A stretch of 64,000 nt of DNA from Candidatus Poribacteria bacterium (GTDB lineage Bacteria > Poribacteria > WGA-4E > PCPOR2b). The position numbers and the translations under genes were made by a program. This document shows, piece by piece, positions 1 to 9,491 of the stretch. The stretch is taken from contig OZ242326.1 in assembly GCA_965208325.1 (NCBI GenBank), positions 1,248,001-1,312,000 of the forward strand, in the 5' to 3' direction. Under the pieces are notes generated by a model. That model had not been told where the DNA came from and searched no databases. It saw only the letters and a program-made list of their open reading frames with translations. The stretch's first letter is position 1. Each line of letters opens with the position of its first letter.

Positions 1-217
1 TAGTCTCGTAATTGGCGGGCCGGATAGGTTTCACGGGCTTATTGACGAGTTTGCGATATTCAACATCCCGCTCGCCGAACGCGACATCCGCTCCGTCATG
101 ACCCGTGGGCTTGCAACCGTACTCGCCGTCGCCCCTAATCACAAACTCGCAACTTCATGGGGAAATATCAAAAACGGCTTAATCTCACGTAACAATATAA
201 TACAGGACACACGTTGA
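1..217 (+). CDS. 3' end of a LamG/concanavalin-like domain protein with C-terminal KLATxWG motif (partial)
   Basis: Frame from nt 2 reads SLVIGGPDRFHGLIDEFAIFNIPLAERDIRSVMTRGLATVLAVAPNHKLATSWGNIK..., stop TGA at 215-217. FxGxIDExxIFNxxLxxxDI is the typical LamG-like C-terminus. Confidence 0.8.
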   Translation, partial: SLVIGGPDRFHGLIDEFAIFNIPLAERDIRSVMTRGLATVLAVAPNHKLATSWGNIKNGLISRNNIIQDTR

Positions 218-247
218 ATATTTTACTTCTTCCCGGTTCGGTAACCA

Positions 248-321
248 CCATCTCCGAATCGCGGCACATACTCCCTTGTTCATTGCCCGTCATTCAATCA
301 CACTAATCACGATTCAAACAA
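248..321 (+). repeat. Dispersed ~74-bp repeat, copy 1
   Basis: Ungapped match to 4422-4495, 56/74 identical by manual alignment. Confidence 0.7.
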
Positions 322-413
322 CCGCACAACGCGACGTGCTTTAGGCAAAATGGTATAACCACTCGCCACAGGCCGCTTTTTACTGTTTATTGTGCAAACC
401 ATTGTAGATTTTC

Positions 414-443
414 TTGACAAGCAAAATAACTATTCCGTATAAT
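414..443 (+). promoter_or_regulatory. Sigma70-type promoter
   Basis: TTGACA (414-419), 18-nt spacer, TATAAT (438-443). Confidence 0.7.
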
Positions 444-497
444 TTTACAAGATTCCGGACTGTTTGATTTAAAATTCTAAAATGTATCTACAGCGAG

Positions 498-534
498 GCG
501 AGGGCGCTGTACAACGTCCACCCTCGCTTTTTTT
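498..534 (+). terminator. Putative intrinsic terminator
   Basis: GCGAGGG (498-504) pairs with CCCTCGC (521-527), followed by T7 (528-534); loop is long (16 nt). Confidence 0.55.
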
Positions 535-640
535 GTATGAGCGTAAATCGGTATTTTTCGTCCAACGAATCTGGAATGGCAACTAGCACCGCAGCATTTA
601 ATCAGAACTTAATTCGGGCGTGCAACCTGATGAATGCGAA

Positions 641-854
641 GTGTCCGAAAATTGAAACCTCGATTTAGGACACAAAAGGGCACAAAAGGACACTTTTCGG
701 CATGTCGAGACCGTCGCATTGCGCAGGGCGCCGGACGTGCCGCGGATCCAGTGTCTGAGCGGGATTTCAAGCATTCTTCAGATGCGCAAATCAATTGAAG
801 TCTCGCGTATGGAAGGGAGTGTCCACGGGGACACAATCGCGCTAGTGGGGACAC
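641..854. repeat. Array of GGACAC/GTGTCC hexamers, putative protein-binding sites
   Basis: GTGTCC 641; GGACAC 668; GGGCAC 678; GGACAC 688; GTGTCC 819; GGACAC 829; GGACAC 849. Confidence 0.55.
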
Positions 855-1107
855 CTTTGCCGACCGCAATATTTTGATATTTTCAAAAAACGGTGAATCG
901 CCCAAATCATGAAAACTGGCGACATTATAATAACCTTTGATTTTTGGTTGCAAAATAAGAACGCCAAATGTCACTGAAGATGGCTGCATAACGGTTCCAT
1001 TCGCATTATCTTCGCTCGAGTGCTGCGATTAAGTATCTTTACACCATTGCATTCTTCCCTCCTTCTCAAAATCACATCCAAAAAAATCCCGCAATTCAAA
1101 AAAGTGC

Positions 1108-1135
1108 GAATAAATTCCAAGAAATTTGACTCTAT
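1108..1135 (+). promoter_or_regulatory. Possible ECF-type autoregulatory promoter
   Basis: GAATAA-N17-TCTAT just upstream of the ECF sigma gene, resembling GAAC..-N16/17-TCTA type promoters. Confidence 0.3.
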
Positions 1136-1168
1136 TAGAGCATAGAGATACCTCTCTGTTTTAATGGA

Positions 1169-1723
1169 ATGAAAATGGAAATTTCCGACGAAATCTTAGT
1201 GCGGCACGCACAACATGGGGCTGAACACGCCTTTCGGCAATTAGTCCAGCGGTACAACGAGCGAATCTTCAATGTCTGCTTTCGGATTGTTGGAAACCAT
1301 CAGGACGCCGAGGAAGCCGCGATGGACGCATTCTTGGCATGTTACCAAGGCCTCGCTAGCTTTGAAGGCCGCTCCCGTTTTTCGACCTGGCTCTATCAGA
1401 TTGCCCGGCGTTGTGCCTACAAAAAGTTACGCAAATGCCCTCCGGAATGTGAACCGATTGACGAACTTGAAATTTCTGAGGACCGCTTAGCGGCGCAGCC
1501 AGAGAAAAATCTGCAGGAGCACGAGATTCGAGAAAGGGTTGAGAGGGCGATGGCAGCACTCCCCGATCACTTGAAAGAAATCGTAATCTTCTACTTTCTA
1601 GAGGGGCTTTCTTACCGCGAGATTTCGGAAATTCTTGAGTGCTCAATCGGAACCGTTGCTTCGCGGATTAACGCCGCACGTCAACTGTTGCAACGAAAAA
1701 TTCAACCCTACATTGAGGAGTGA
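1169..1723 (+). CDS. ECF-family RNA polymerase sigma factor
   Basis: Region 2 DAEEAAMDAF...FEGRSRFSTWLYQIA; region 4 EGLSYREISEILECSIGTVASRINAAR. Confidence 0.95.
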   Translation: MKMEISDEILVRHAQHGAEHAFRQLVQRYNERIFNVCFRIVGNHQDAEEAAMDAFLACYQGLASFEGRSRFSTWLYQIARRCAYKKLRKCPPECEPIDELEISEDRLAAQPEKNLQEHEIRERVERAMAALPDHLKEIVIFYFLEGLSYREISEILECSIGTVASRINAARQLLQRKIQPYIEE

Positions 1724-1727
1724 TACC

Positions 1728-2021
1728 GTGGCGAATTTAGACCAGATACTCATGCGCCTGCCCCGAAAAATTCCGGATGCCGGTTTTGTGGATAGGCTCT
1801 TCGCGCAGATTCGCGGTACAGGTTTCTCAACGCCTGCACAGTCAATAACCCATCTAGATTTTATTCTACTTGATCCCGACTGTATCGAGTCAACCAGACC
1901 GGCAATGCCGGGAGGTAAAGAATTAAAGCAGGCCGAGTCCATTTTTTCTCCACCGCCGGTAAAACAGAAAGCGTCCTCTCCCGACATCTCCCGGTTCGCT
2001 ACATTAAATCATCGGTCTTAA
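1728..2021 (+). CDS. Small soluble protein, putative anti-sigma-like partner (97 aa)
   Basis: GAGGAG RBS then GTG at 1728, directly after the sigma stop; N-terminus LDQILMRLPRKIPDAGFVDRLFAQI resembles anti-sigma N-terminal helices. Confidence 0.55.
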   Translation: MANLDQILMRLPRKIPDAGFVDRLFAQIRGTGFSTPAQSITHLDFILLDPDCIESTRPAMPGGKELKQAESIFSPPPVKQKASSPDISRFATLNHRS

Positions 2022-2053
2022 ACCGTTCCAGTTCATACAAGGAGAAACATACC

Positions 2054-4204
2054 ATGATTTTGACGGATGTACCGATTATCCGCTGCGACGGAATCTTTGA
2101 CATCATTTTCTATGATATCAAAGGAGAACTTTTTCCTGAAGACCACCATTTGGCTTGCCAGGTTGATGTAACCATCCGCGGTCTGATGAAGACGCTGGAC
2201 AAGGTGACATTCGCCTTGCATCCAACGCTAGAAGTTACAGAGGTGAAAGCGGCGGGCGAGGCGTTGGCTTCCGACCGGGCTACCAAAAATATCGATCAAC
2301 ACGGCGACGGAAGCGTCCTTAACATTTATCTAAAACGGCCATTGCAGCATGACGGTGAACTCACAATTACAATCAACTACCACGGTGAATTCATCGCTGG
2401 AGTGGAATCGCGCTACGACGGATACATCGGCGAAGAGGGGGTCTTCATCAGCCCTCACGCCGGATGGTATCCATACTGTGTTTATGCCGCTGTGCCGAAC
2501 TATTTCCCTGATGTTCCCTACCTCTTGGAGATGCGCGCCCCATCGGGGTGGACGCTATTTTTATATCCAGGCGACCCGCAGGTGACAGAGCAGAATGGCA
2601 AGGTGACATACAGTTGGGATTCCCGTCAGCCGCACCGGCGGCCGAGGGCGAATTGGGGAATAACAGTCATCGGCGGGAAATATCATAAAATTGAGCGAAA
2701 AATCGACAATCACAAACTGACGTTTTTCAGCCTCGATCAAGACGGCACAGCCGTTGATAAAATCCTTAACTCGTTGACCGAATGGTTAGGATGGACGGAT
2801 AATATTGGCGGCACGGCTTCTGTGACGCGCCACATTCAACTGGGAGAGTCGGCGCACTTTTTCCAACCCAACCGCGCAATGCCGAACATAACATTTTTTT
2901 CGCGGCATCTGATTGAGAACTACCCCCGAAAATGGTTGACCAGGGAATGGTTCGCGAGAGAAGAGATTTTGCAGCACTGGGGGGTATTATCCGGCACCGA
3001 TTTGGGAGGTCTATGGATGCTCGGAAATTATATCCTCGTCCTGTTTCAGGCGAGTCGAGAGGATACGCCGGAAGGCTGGTTGGCAGCGGACTTGGAAAAA
3101 CGCTTGCGTATGTATCTATGGTGGCGAATTAGGAATCCATGGCTCGGACACAGCGAGCATCTATTTGGCACCCGAGATTATTGGATATTGTGGATGTGGA
3201 ATCAAATCATTGGGGATGATGCGTTTTTTCGCTCCCTCGCTCGATTGAGTACCGGACCTCTGCCGCAAGACCGCCCCTTCACAATGAAAGATTTCTACCA
3301 AATGACCAGCGACGAATCAGGTATTCCGTATGATTGGTTTTGGGAGCAGTGGGTCGAAGGGGTTGGTGCAATGCAGTTTTGGTTCGAGAAAACAGCCGTC
3401 AAAGCGGACGATGACGGCTATTCTGTAGAGGTATGGCTCGATCAGACAGGAGAACTGTATCAGGTGCCGCTTGTAGTGCTATTGCGAACCGAAACAGAGG
3501 AAATACGACGAAAAATCTTTATTCGAGAGCGGATGAATCACCTTGTGTTTCGATGCCGCGGGAAGCCTTTGGAATTAGAAATCGATCCGGAGAGGAAGGT
3601 TTTCAAATCCTCAACGGTGAATAGGTGCAAACCCATCGACCTCGGGTTTTCGTTTCCATTCGGAGAGGATAGATGGTCGGAGGCGTTCCGCCACGGAAAG
3701 CGGCTAGTGATTGCGCCATCGGAATTGACATCTGTTGCCGAAGGGCTGTGCCCGTATCTCGAAAAGCGAGCAAGCTATTCGTCCCAGACCGTCAGTGCTG
3801 ACCCGAACTTCGATCGCAGCCAGCGGTTTACGGTTCCTGTAGAAATCCTCACGCCTGACAAAGTCAATGCTGAGATGTTAAGGTCGCATAATCTTGTATT
3901 AGTTGGCAACCCGCAGAATAATCCACTCATTAAAGATTATGGGCTAGACTCGCTTAGTTTCGGCGCGGACCGACTCGCCGCGGGAGAAGTCGTAATTGGC
4001 AGCACCGATCAAGCCTTAATCGTCCTTGGAGAACATCCGATGAACCCGGAACGTTTCTGTTTGCACGTGACGGGTTTGTCCAATGAAGCCATGCAAGAAC
4101 CGCCCGACTTCACAGAGTTGCCGGGCGATTTCCTCATTTATCGAAACGGAAACGCATTGAAGGTAGGCTATCAGAATCCGTACCGGCTGAAGTGTAAGTT
4201 CTAA
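2054..4204 (+). CDS. M1 aminopeptidase-like protein with degenerate zinc motif
   Basis: M1-type N-terminal region (ELTITINYHG, GWYP) and C-terminal motifs (DWFWEQWV, LEIDPE); the HEXXH position reads AREEILQHWG; AAGGAG RBS. Confidence 0.75.
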   Translation: MILTDVPIIRCDGIFDIIFYDIKGELFPEDHHLACQVDVTIRGLMKTLDKVTFALHPTLEVTEVKAAGEALASDRATKNIDQHGDGSVLNIYLKRPLQHDGELTITINYHGEFIAGVESRYDGYIGEEGVFISPHAGWYPYCVYAAVPNYFPDVPYLLEMRAPSGWTLFLYPGDPQVTEQNGKVTYSWDSRQPHRRPRANWGITVIGGKYHKIERKIDNHKLTFFSLDQDGTAVDKILNSLTEWLGWTDNIGGTASVTRHIQLGESAHFFQPNRAMPNITFFSRHLIENYPRKWLTREWFAREEILQHWGVLSGTDLGGLWMLGNYILVLFQASREDTPEGWLAADLEKRLRMYLWWRIRNPWLGHSEHLFGTRDYWILWMWNQIIGDDAFFRSLARLSTGPLPQDRPFTMKDFYQMTSDESGIPYDWFWEQWVEGVGAMQFWFEKTAVKADDDGYSVEVWLDQTGELYQVPLVVLLRTETEEIRRKIFIRERMNHLVFRCRGKPLELEIDPERKVFKSSTVNRCKPIDLGFSFPFGEDRWSEAFRHGKRLVIAPSELTSVAEGLCPYLEKRASYSSQTVSADPNFDRSQRFTVPVEILTPDKVNAEMLRSHNLVLVGNPQNNPLIKDYGLDSLSFGADRLAAGEVVIGSTDQALIVLGEHPMNPERFCLHVTGLSNEAMQEPPDFTELPGDFLIYRNGNALKVGYQNPYRLKCKF

Positions 4205-4345
4205 CTAGGAAAATAGATCCTGAGGACGAAAGTATTAACGGATTTGCAATGCTTAGCTCTTGTAGGTTGGGGAGTTTGCTAGGACGGGAATGATGCTGGT
4301 GACCGATTCTTATTCAACAGCTCGCCAGAGTGCATCGGATTAATC

Positions 4346-4369
4346 CTCCCCCTTACTGAGGGGGAGCTA
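4346..4369. repeat. Short palindromic REP-like element
   Basis: CTCCCCCT-tactg-AGGGGGAG-CTA; related copy at 42845-42868. Confidence 0.55.
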
Positions 4370-4421
4370 GAGGCGGCCATTGACATACCGTCGAGAATTG
4401 GAATTCAACGCGCCGTAGGCG

Positions 4422-4495
4422 CCATGTCCGCATTTCGACACGTACTCCCTCAATCATAGCCCATCAGTTAATCACACAAATCACAGTTCAGGCAA
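4422..4495 (+). repeat. Dispersed ~74-bp repeat, copy 2
   Basis: Ungapped match to 248-321. Confidence 0.7.
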
Positions 4496-4540
4496 TCTCT
4501 ACGAATGTCCCCAGCCTATTTTGCGTGGCAGGTTACTCCA

Positions 4541-5308
4541 TCAAACCGTAACGTTGCACCTATCAAACGCTGCTTTCATTGAATGGAAGGCATCGCCTTT
4601 CGGACTGAACTCATGGCCCACATAGAGATTGTATCCGGTTTCCGCAATCGCGCGCGCAACCCCCGGATAGTAAATCTCCTGTGCGTCGTCAAGGTCTTTA
4701 CGCCCCGGATTCCCCGCTGTATGAAAATGTCCGATATACTCAATGTTGTCCCGAATCGTGCGGATGAGATCCCCCTCCATAATCTGCATGTGGTAGATGT
4801 CGTAAAGCAATTTAACCCGGGGCGAATTTGCGCCTTTACAAACCGACACACCCCACGCGGTACTGTCGGACTGAACGTCTGGATGATCTACTTTGCTGTT
4901 AAGCAACTCGAGGCAAAGGTTGACGCCTTTTTCCTCCGCCGATTTTACAACGCGCAGCAGCCCCTCAATGGTATTATCCCGACCCTCTTCGTCCGATTTC
5001 CCCTCTCGGTTGCCTGGCAAACAGATGAGTCCGGGGATGTCATTAGCAGCGGCGAGCTCAATATTCGCCAGCAATTCCTGCTCAATCCGATTGTGATTTT
5101 CGCGTTTATTCAGTCCGTCGGGGAGCGATTTATGTCCAACGATTATGGCAACACGCATTCCATGCTCCCAAACAAGATCCCAGTGTTCTTGACCAAGCAT
5201 CTCGACGGACTTATATCCGATTTTTGCTGCCTCGCGAATCACCTGTTCCGGCGTCGCACCGCCGCGCGAGAAACAGCTGAAAACGATGGACTGTTTGATT
5301 GAATTCAT
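4541..5308 (-). CDS. Hydroxypyruvate isomerase-family TIM-barrel protein
   Basis: LELLNSKVDHP, LLYDIYHMQIMEGDL, HFHTAGNPGR, VGHEF motifs. Confidence 0.9.
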   Translation of the reverse strand: MNSIKQSIVFSCFSRGGATPEQVIREAAKIGYKSVEMLGQEHWDLVWEHGMRVAIIVGHKSLPDGLNKRENHNRIEQELLANIELAAANDIPGLICLPGNREGKSDEEGRDNTIEGLLRVVKSAEEKGVNLCLELLNSKVDHPDVQSDSTAWGVSVCKGANSPRVKLLYDIYHMQIMEGDLIRTIRDNIEYIGHFHTAGNPGRKDLDDAQEIYYPGVARAIAETGYNLYVGHEFSPKGDAFHSMKAAFDRCNVTV

Positions 5309-5408
5309 GAATGCTCCTTTCAGTTACGGTAACAGTTGCAGACGCCTAGAGATTTTCACGCAAATAACGGCGGTTTAACTTTACGCCGGAGAGAAACCGA
5401 ATGTTGGC

Positions 5409-6566
5409 TTATCTGTCCTCAACCGGAATAATCGTATCGGTGATTGCGCCGATTAACCCCTGATCGTTCCATCCGACCGGCCCCGTTCCAACGCGTGCGA
5501 CGACCAGATCGAGCGAAGGTATAACATAGCAATTATTCGCGTTGTAACCCCTTAACGCAAAGGCATCCCTCGGCAAACCCGCCATCATGGGTAGATTCGG
5601 CCAACCTGTCCCCTCGCTATTCACCCACCACGTGTAGCCATAGTCGGGATTCATTGATTGAGAGGTTTTGGTGGCGAGTTCCATCCACCACGCAGGGATG
5701 AGTTGCTGCCCGTCCCACATCCCGTTGTGGAGCGCAAGATAACCGAAACGCGCCAACTCTCGCGACGAAATATAAATTCCGCTATCCCCGTTCGTGTGAG
5801 GTCCGATGAACCCGCGGCCGCCCAGTAAATTCCAACTCAATTCTTCTATGCCGATCGGCGTAAAGACTCGGTCCTGCATGTAATCTCTCATTTCGACGCC
5901 CATAATGTTAGCAAACGCCAGCGAAAGATGCTGCAACCCGAGGTCGCTGTATTCCCAATGCGTCCCTGGATCGGCCGCCAATGCATCTGCCCAATAACCG
6001 TGTCGATTCGGGCATCTCCCAAGCACGTGTTCAAAAGCGCCCTGCCCCGTTTCCATCGGCATGCCGACGCAGCCTGAAGAATGTCCGGCTACTCCTGAAG
6101 TCATAGTAAGCAAATGTCGTATCGTGATATGCTCTTTGCGGGAATCGGTAAGCGGATACCCGTCGGGGATGAACGGGTATGCCGGGCTATCTAGCTCCAC
6201 TTTCCCCCCGTTCGGCAATTCGCTTCGGCGGCTAGCCTCAAGCAAAAGCCCCCACGCCGTACCCGTGAAGGACTTGGTCCCCGACCAAATGTTGAAGCGC
6301 GTGGGAATTGGGATATTGAAAGTGTGATACTCACGGACTAGATAGCCGTGCCGAATGATTACTACCGACCACTGGTCGCCGCCGTAATGAAAGGCTTGGC
6401 TCTGGAGAACGAGATCGAGTTTGTCCGGGTCGATGCCCGCCGCATCGCGAACCTGATCAGCATCTTCGGCGTAACGCCATTCGCCCATTGACTCCGGAGG
6501 GGGATAATAGCGGTCGACATCGCGTGACGGGATTAACAAGCCCGAACCTTCTGCTTGGATGGACAT
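5409..6566 (-). CDS. Beta-lactamase-family serine hydrolase
   Basis: SxxK (SGTK), ITIRHLLTMTSG, PGTHWEYSD, YGYTWW; start uncertain. Confidence 0.9.
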   Translation of the reverse strand: MSIQAEGSGLLIPSRDVDRYYPPPESMGEWRYAEDADQVRDAAGIDPDKLDLVLQSQAFHYGGDQWSVVIIRHGYLVREYHTFNIPIPTRFNIWSGTKSFTGTAWGLLLEASRRSELPNGGKVELDSPAYPFIPDGYPLTDSRKEHITIRHLLTMTSGVAGHSSGCVGMPMETGQGAFEHVLGRCPNRHGYWADALAADPGTHWEYSDLGLQHLSLAFANIMGVEMRDYMQDRVFTPIGIEELSWNLLGGRGFIGPHTNGDSGIYISSRELARFGYLALHNGMWDGQQLIPAWWMELATKTSQSMNPDYGYTWWVNSEGTGWPNLPMMAGLPRDAFALRGYNANNCYVIPSLDLVVARVGTGPVGWNDQGLIGAITDTIIPVEDR

Positions 6567-7165
6567 CTAAACCTCCTTAAACCGCTGCGGGCGACTTATG
6601 AAAACGCCTCTCGGCATCCAACCGAACCGCCAAAGTACGTCCACCGCGTTTATGCCGATGTAGGCGTTCATCCGACCAAGGAAGCGCCATTATATCAGTC
6701 GTTTCTTTTCGCTGTCAACCGTTTTCCACAGGGTAGCGTAATGAAGGTTGGGTCACTATTTCAGGAGCATACGCCGTGCAAGTCGTCGAGATTGAAAATG
6801 CCCTTACACGGCTTGCATTGTGCGAAGCAGCAGAGACTGTCGGCTTGCCGACAACCGATTAAAATTTGCGCAAACCTGGTACACATGGCCGCCAACACAT
6901 CGGCCCGGCCATTACGCGCCACGCCGCCATTCACGCAATCTACTTGACACAGATTCTACCAACAAGTAAAATATCTGACATCCACGGTGCGATTCAACGC
7001 GTGTTGCTTGTTGAGCAAGGGCTTCTGTCAGATTTCAAACTAGGCAAATGTGGTTAATGGGTCAAAAACGATGGAATGCCTTCAAGTTAATTATCAGATT
7101 CTGTACCGATGGATTAAGTCTGCCCAAGCGTCACCTAAACCACCGCAAGGAGGTACACACAAACT

Positions 7166-8419
7166 ATGAACGCCTTTAGTGCTTGCTTAAATCCCGTCTC
7201 AAAGATAAACAGGTACGCAGCAATAATGTTTTTGTTGGCAACTGTGCCCGTACTGGATGGCATCGCTGCATCAAAGCGAGTTGCGGTCTTACATTTTGAA
7301 GACCACAGCCGATTCGATTCCGCCACCGGTTGCGGCTGCATCCCAAATCCATTTGGGATATTTGGCACTGGTAAGGGTCGAACAAAGTGGAATTTGAAAG
7401 AAGGATTCCCATATCTTTTGAACCGCAAACTTAAACAGACTCAAGTGTACGAACCGGTTTCCAATGCGGAAATCAAAGATGCCATGGCGGAATTAGGATT
7501 ATCTCGAAAAGACGTTCGGTCAAAGGCTGAGAAGCGGTCACAGTTGGCGAAAGCGTTAAACTTGGATGCTTTTATTGTGGGGGACATACGGAAGTTCAAA
7601 CAAGAGAGAGCCAAGGCAACGCGTTTTCAGACACTTAAAGGGGCAGCAGGAAGCGGGTTTAATATGGCTGCGGGGTTCGTCGGCGGCGCACAACTTGTAG
7701 GATATTATTATAGCGCTACCGTTCACCTGAAAATGAAATTCTACGGCAGTTCCGGAGATGAAATCACAACGCGCAAAATTGCTGCGACCAAAAGGCACCA
7801 ACTTGGCGGCGCAAAGATTGCCGCCTTAGAAGCGGTTGTTAGCGAACAGGGAACGGAGTTTCAACTTGGGCAGATGCCGAATCCCGATAAAAAACCCCGC
7901 CCAATCGTTAGCTACATGAAGCTGAACCAGATAAAATTTCCCAGCCCAGAATACGATAGGACCTTATTCGGGCTTGCCACTGACGAGGCATTAACGAAGG
8001 TGGTGCTGGCCCTCGGCGATACCATCGGTCCCGAATTCGTCATGCCGGGAACCACGCCTTCACAGGAAGAGGGTTCAAAGGAAATCGCCTCGGGTAAACA
8101 CCACGGTCCTCTTAAAGCAGATGTCATTTATGTCAATCCGGACGATCCCGAAGATGCCTATATTAACGCTGGCTCGTCCAAGGGTGTTTTGGTGATGCAG
8201 CAACTAGCGGTTTATACGGAGGGCGAGGCGTTAATTGATCCAAACACTAAAGAAATACTTGGCAATGTCCCCAAAATGATTGGTAAAGTCGAGGTTGTTG
8301 AAATCAAAACCGACCGTCTCTCCCGAGTCCGAATCATCGAAGGTTCGGGCACAATTAAGAAAGGGGATAAAGTCGAACGGACACAGCCCTCACCATCGGA
8401 GACCCAGACAGCGAATTAG
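7166..8419 (+). CDS. Exported CsgG/TolB-N-like protein with FlgT-C-like C-terminal domain
   Basis: Signal-like N-terminus; KRVAVLHFED; C-terminal YINAGSSKGV...LIDPNTKEILG...IGKVEVVE...IKKGDKV. Confidence 0.6.
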   Translation: MNAFSACLNPVSKINRYAAIMFLLATVPVLDGIAASKRVAVLHFEDHSRFDSATGCGCIPNPFGIFGTGKGRTKWNLKEGFPYLLNRKLKQTQVYEPVSNAEIKDAMAELGLSRKDVRSKAEKRSQLAKALNLDAFIVGDIRKFKQERAKATRFQTLKGAAGSGFNMAAGFVGGAQLVGYYYSATVHLKMKFYGSSGDEITTRKIAATKRHQLGGAKIAALEAVVSEQGTEFQLGQMPNPDKKPRPIVSYMKLNQIKFPSPEYDRTLFGLATDEALTKVVLALGDTIGPEFVMPGTTPSQEEGSKEIASGKHHGPLKADVIYVNPDDPEDAYINAGSSKGVLVMQQLAVYTEGEALIDPNTKEILGNVPKMIGKVEVVEIKTDRLSRVRIIEGSGTIKKGDKVERTQPSPSETQTAN

Positions 8420-8454
8420 GGCTAGCATTCGCGGCGAAGCTGCCGGAGGATAAG

Positions 8455-9486
8455 ATGATTGGCAAAATTAGAATCTTCTTTGCTGCCGTTTTTTTCATGG
8501 CAGGCTCCATGAGTTACGGCGGTGAAAATGAACGGCAGCAGACAGTCGGAGATGGCATCAAAATTGGGCTGTCAATGGACTCGTTGCGGGTTGAACGTTG
8601 GCGAAAAGACCGAGATATCTTCATGAAACGTGCGAAAGTGCTGGGCGCAGAGGTGATTGTACAGCACGCGGACGGAGATGCGCGCAGGCAAAATGAGCAA
8701 GCGGAGAACATGATCACGCAGGGCGTTGATGTTTTAGTTGTAATCCCGAAAGACGGCGTTGCCGCGGCGCAAATTGTAGAAATCGCTCACAAAGAAGGGG
8801 TCAAGGTCTTGGCTTATGACCGGCTGATTATGAAGAGTGATGTGGATCTTTATATCTCCTTCGACAATGAACAGGTCGGCTATTTGCAGGCGGAATATAT
8901 TGCTCGTAAGATTCCTAAAGGGAACTACTTTTTGCTTGGCGGCGCCCCGACAGACAACAACGCGCATCTTCTGAGAAAAGGACAGATGCGGGCGCTGCAA
9001 CCGCTCATAGATCGTGGGGAAATAAGGGTTGTTGCAAAACAGTGGGCGATTGATTGGGACGCACGGGATGCGCTAAAAAAGACCGAGCAGGTTTTGACGC
9101 GTCATGATAACCGAATTGATGCGGTCGTAGCCTCAAACGACGGCACCGCAGGCGGGGTTATCCAAGCACTGGACGCACAAAAACTGGCGGGTAAAGTGCC
9201 AGTTTCCGGGCAAGATGCGGAGAAAGCCGCGTGCCAACGCATTCTCGCAGGGACGCAAGCCATGACCGTTTACAAGCCGATACACCTAATCGCAATTACG
9301 GCTGCAGAAGCAGCGGTTGCTCTAGCCAAAGGGGATGCAATCCCGCAAGCAACTCAAACGGTAAACAACGATAAAACGGAAGTCCCCGCCATCCTCTTAA
9401 CCCCAATCCAAGTGGATAAAGATAATCTTGACGTGGTCATCGACGATGGGTTTCACAAGCGAGAAGATATCTACAAGAAAAAGTAA
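8455..9486 (+). CDS. xylF: D-xylose-type sugar ABC transporter substrate-binding protein
   Basis: IGLSMDSLRVERWRKDRD, AYDRLI, YISFDNEQVG, GGAPTDNNA, ASNDGTAGG, SGQDA, MTVYKP. Confidence 0.85.
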   Translation: MIGKIRIFFAAVFFMAGSMSYGGENERQQTVGDGIKIGLSMDSLRVERWRKDRDIFMKRAKVLGAEVIVQHADGDARRQNEQAENMITQGVDVLVVIPKDGVAAAQIVEIAHKEGVKVLAYDRLIMKSDVDLYISFDNEQVGYLQAEYIARKIPKGNYFLLGGAPTDNNAHLLRKGQMRALQPLIDRGEIRVVAKQWAIDWDARDALKKTEQVLTRHDNRIDAVVASNDGTAGGVIQALDAQKLAGKVPVSGQDAEKAACQRILAGTQAMTVYKPIHLIAITAAEAAVALAKGDAIPQATQTVNNDKTEVPAILLTPIQVDKDNLDVVIDDGFHKREDIYKKK

Positions 9487-9491
9487 AGCCG

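Noticed and set aside
609..989. 126-aa minus-strand ORF
   Set aside because: No recognisable motifs; overlaps the GGACAC array; probably spurious.
4583..5302. 239-aa plus-strand ORF
   Set aside because: Antisense shadow of the well-supported Hyi-family gene; no recognisable motifs.
6555..7057. 130-aa and 63-aa plus-strand ORFs
   Set aside because: No motifs or convincing RBS; lie in a divergent intergenic region.
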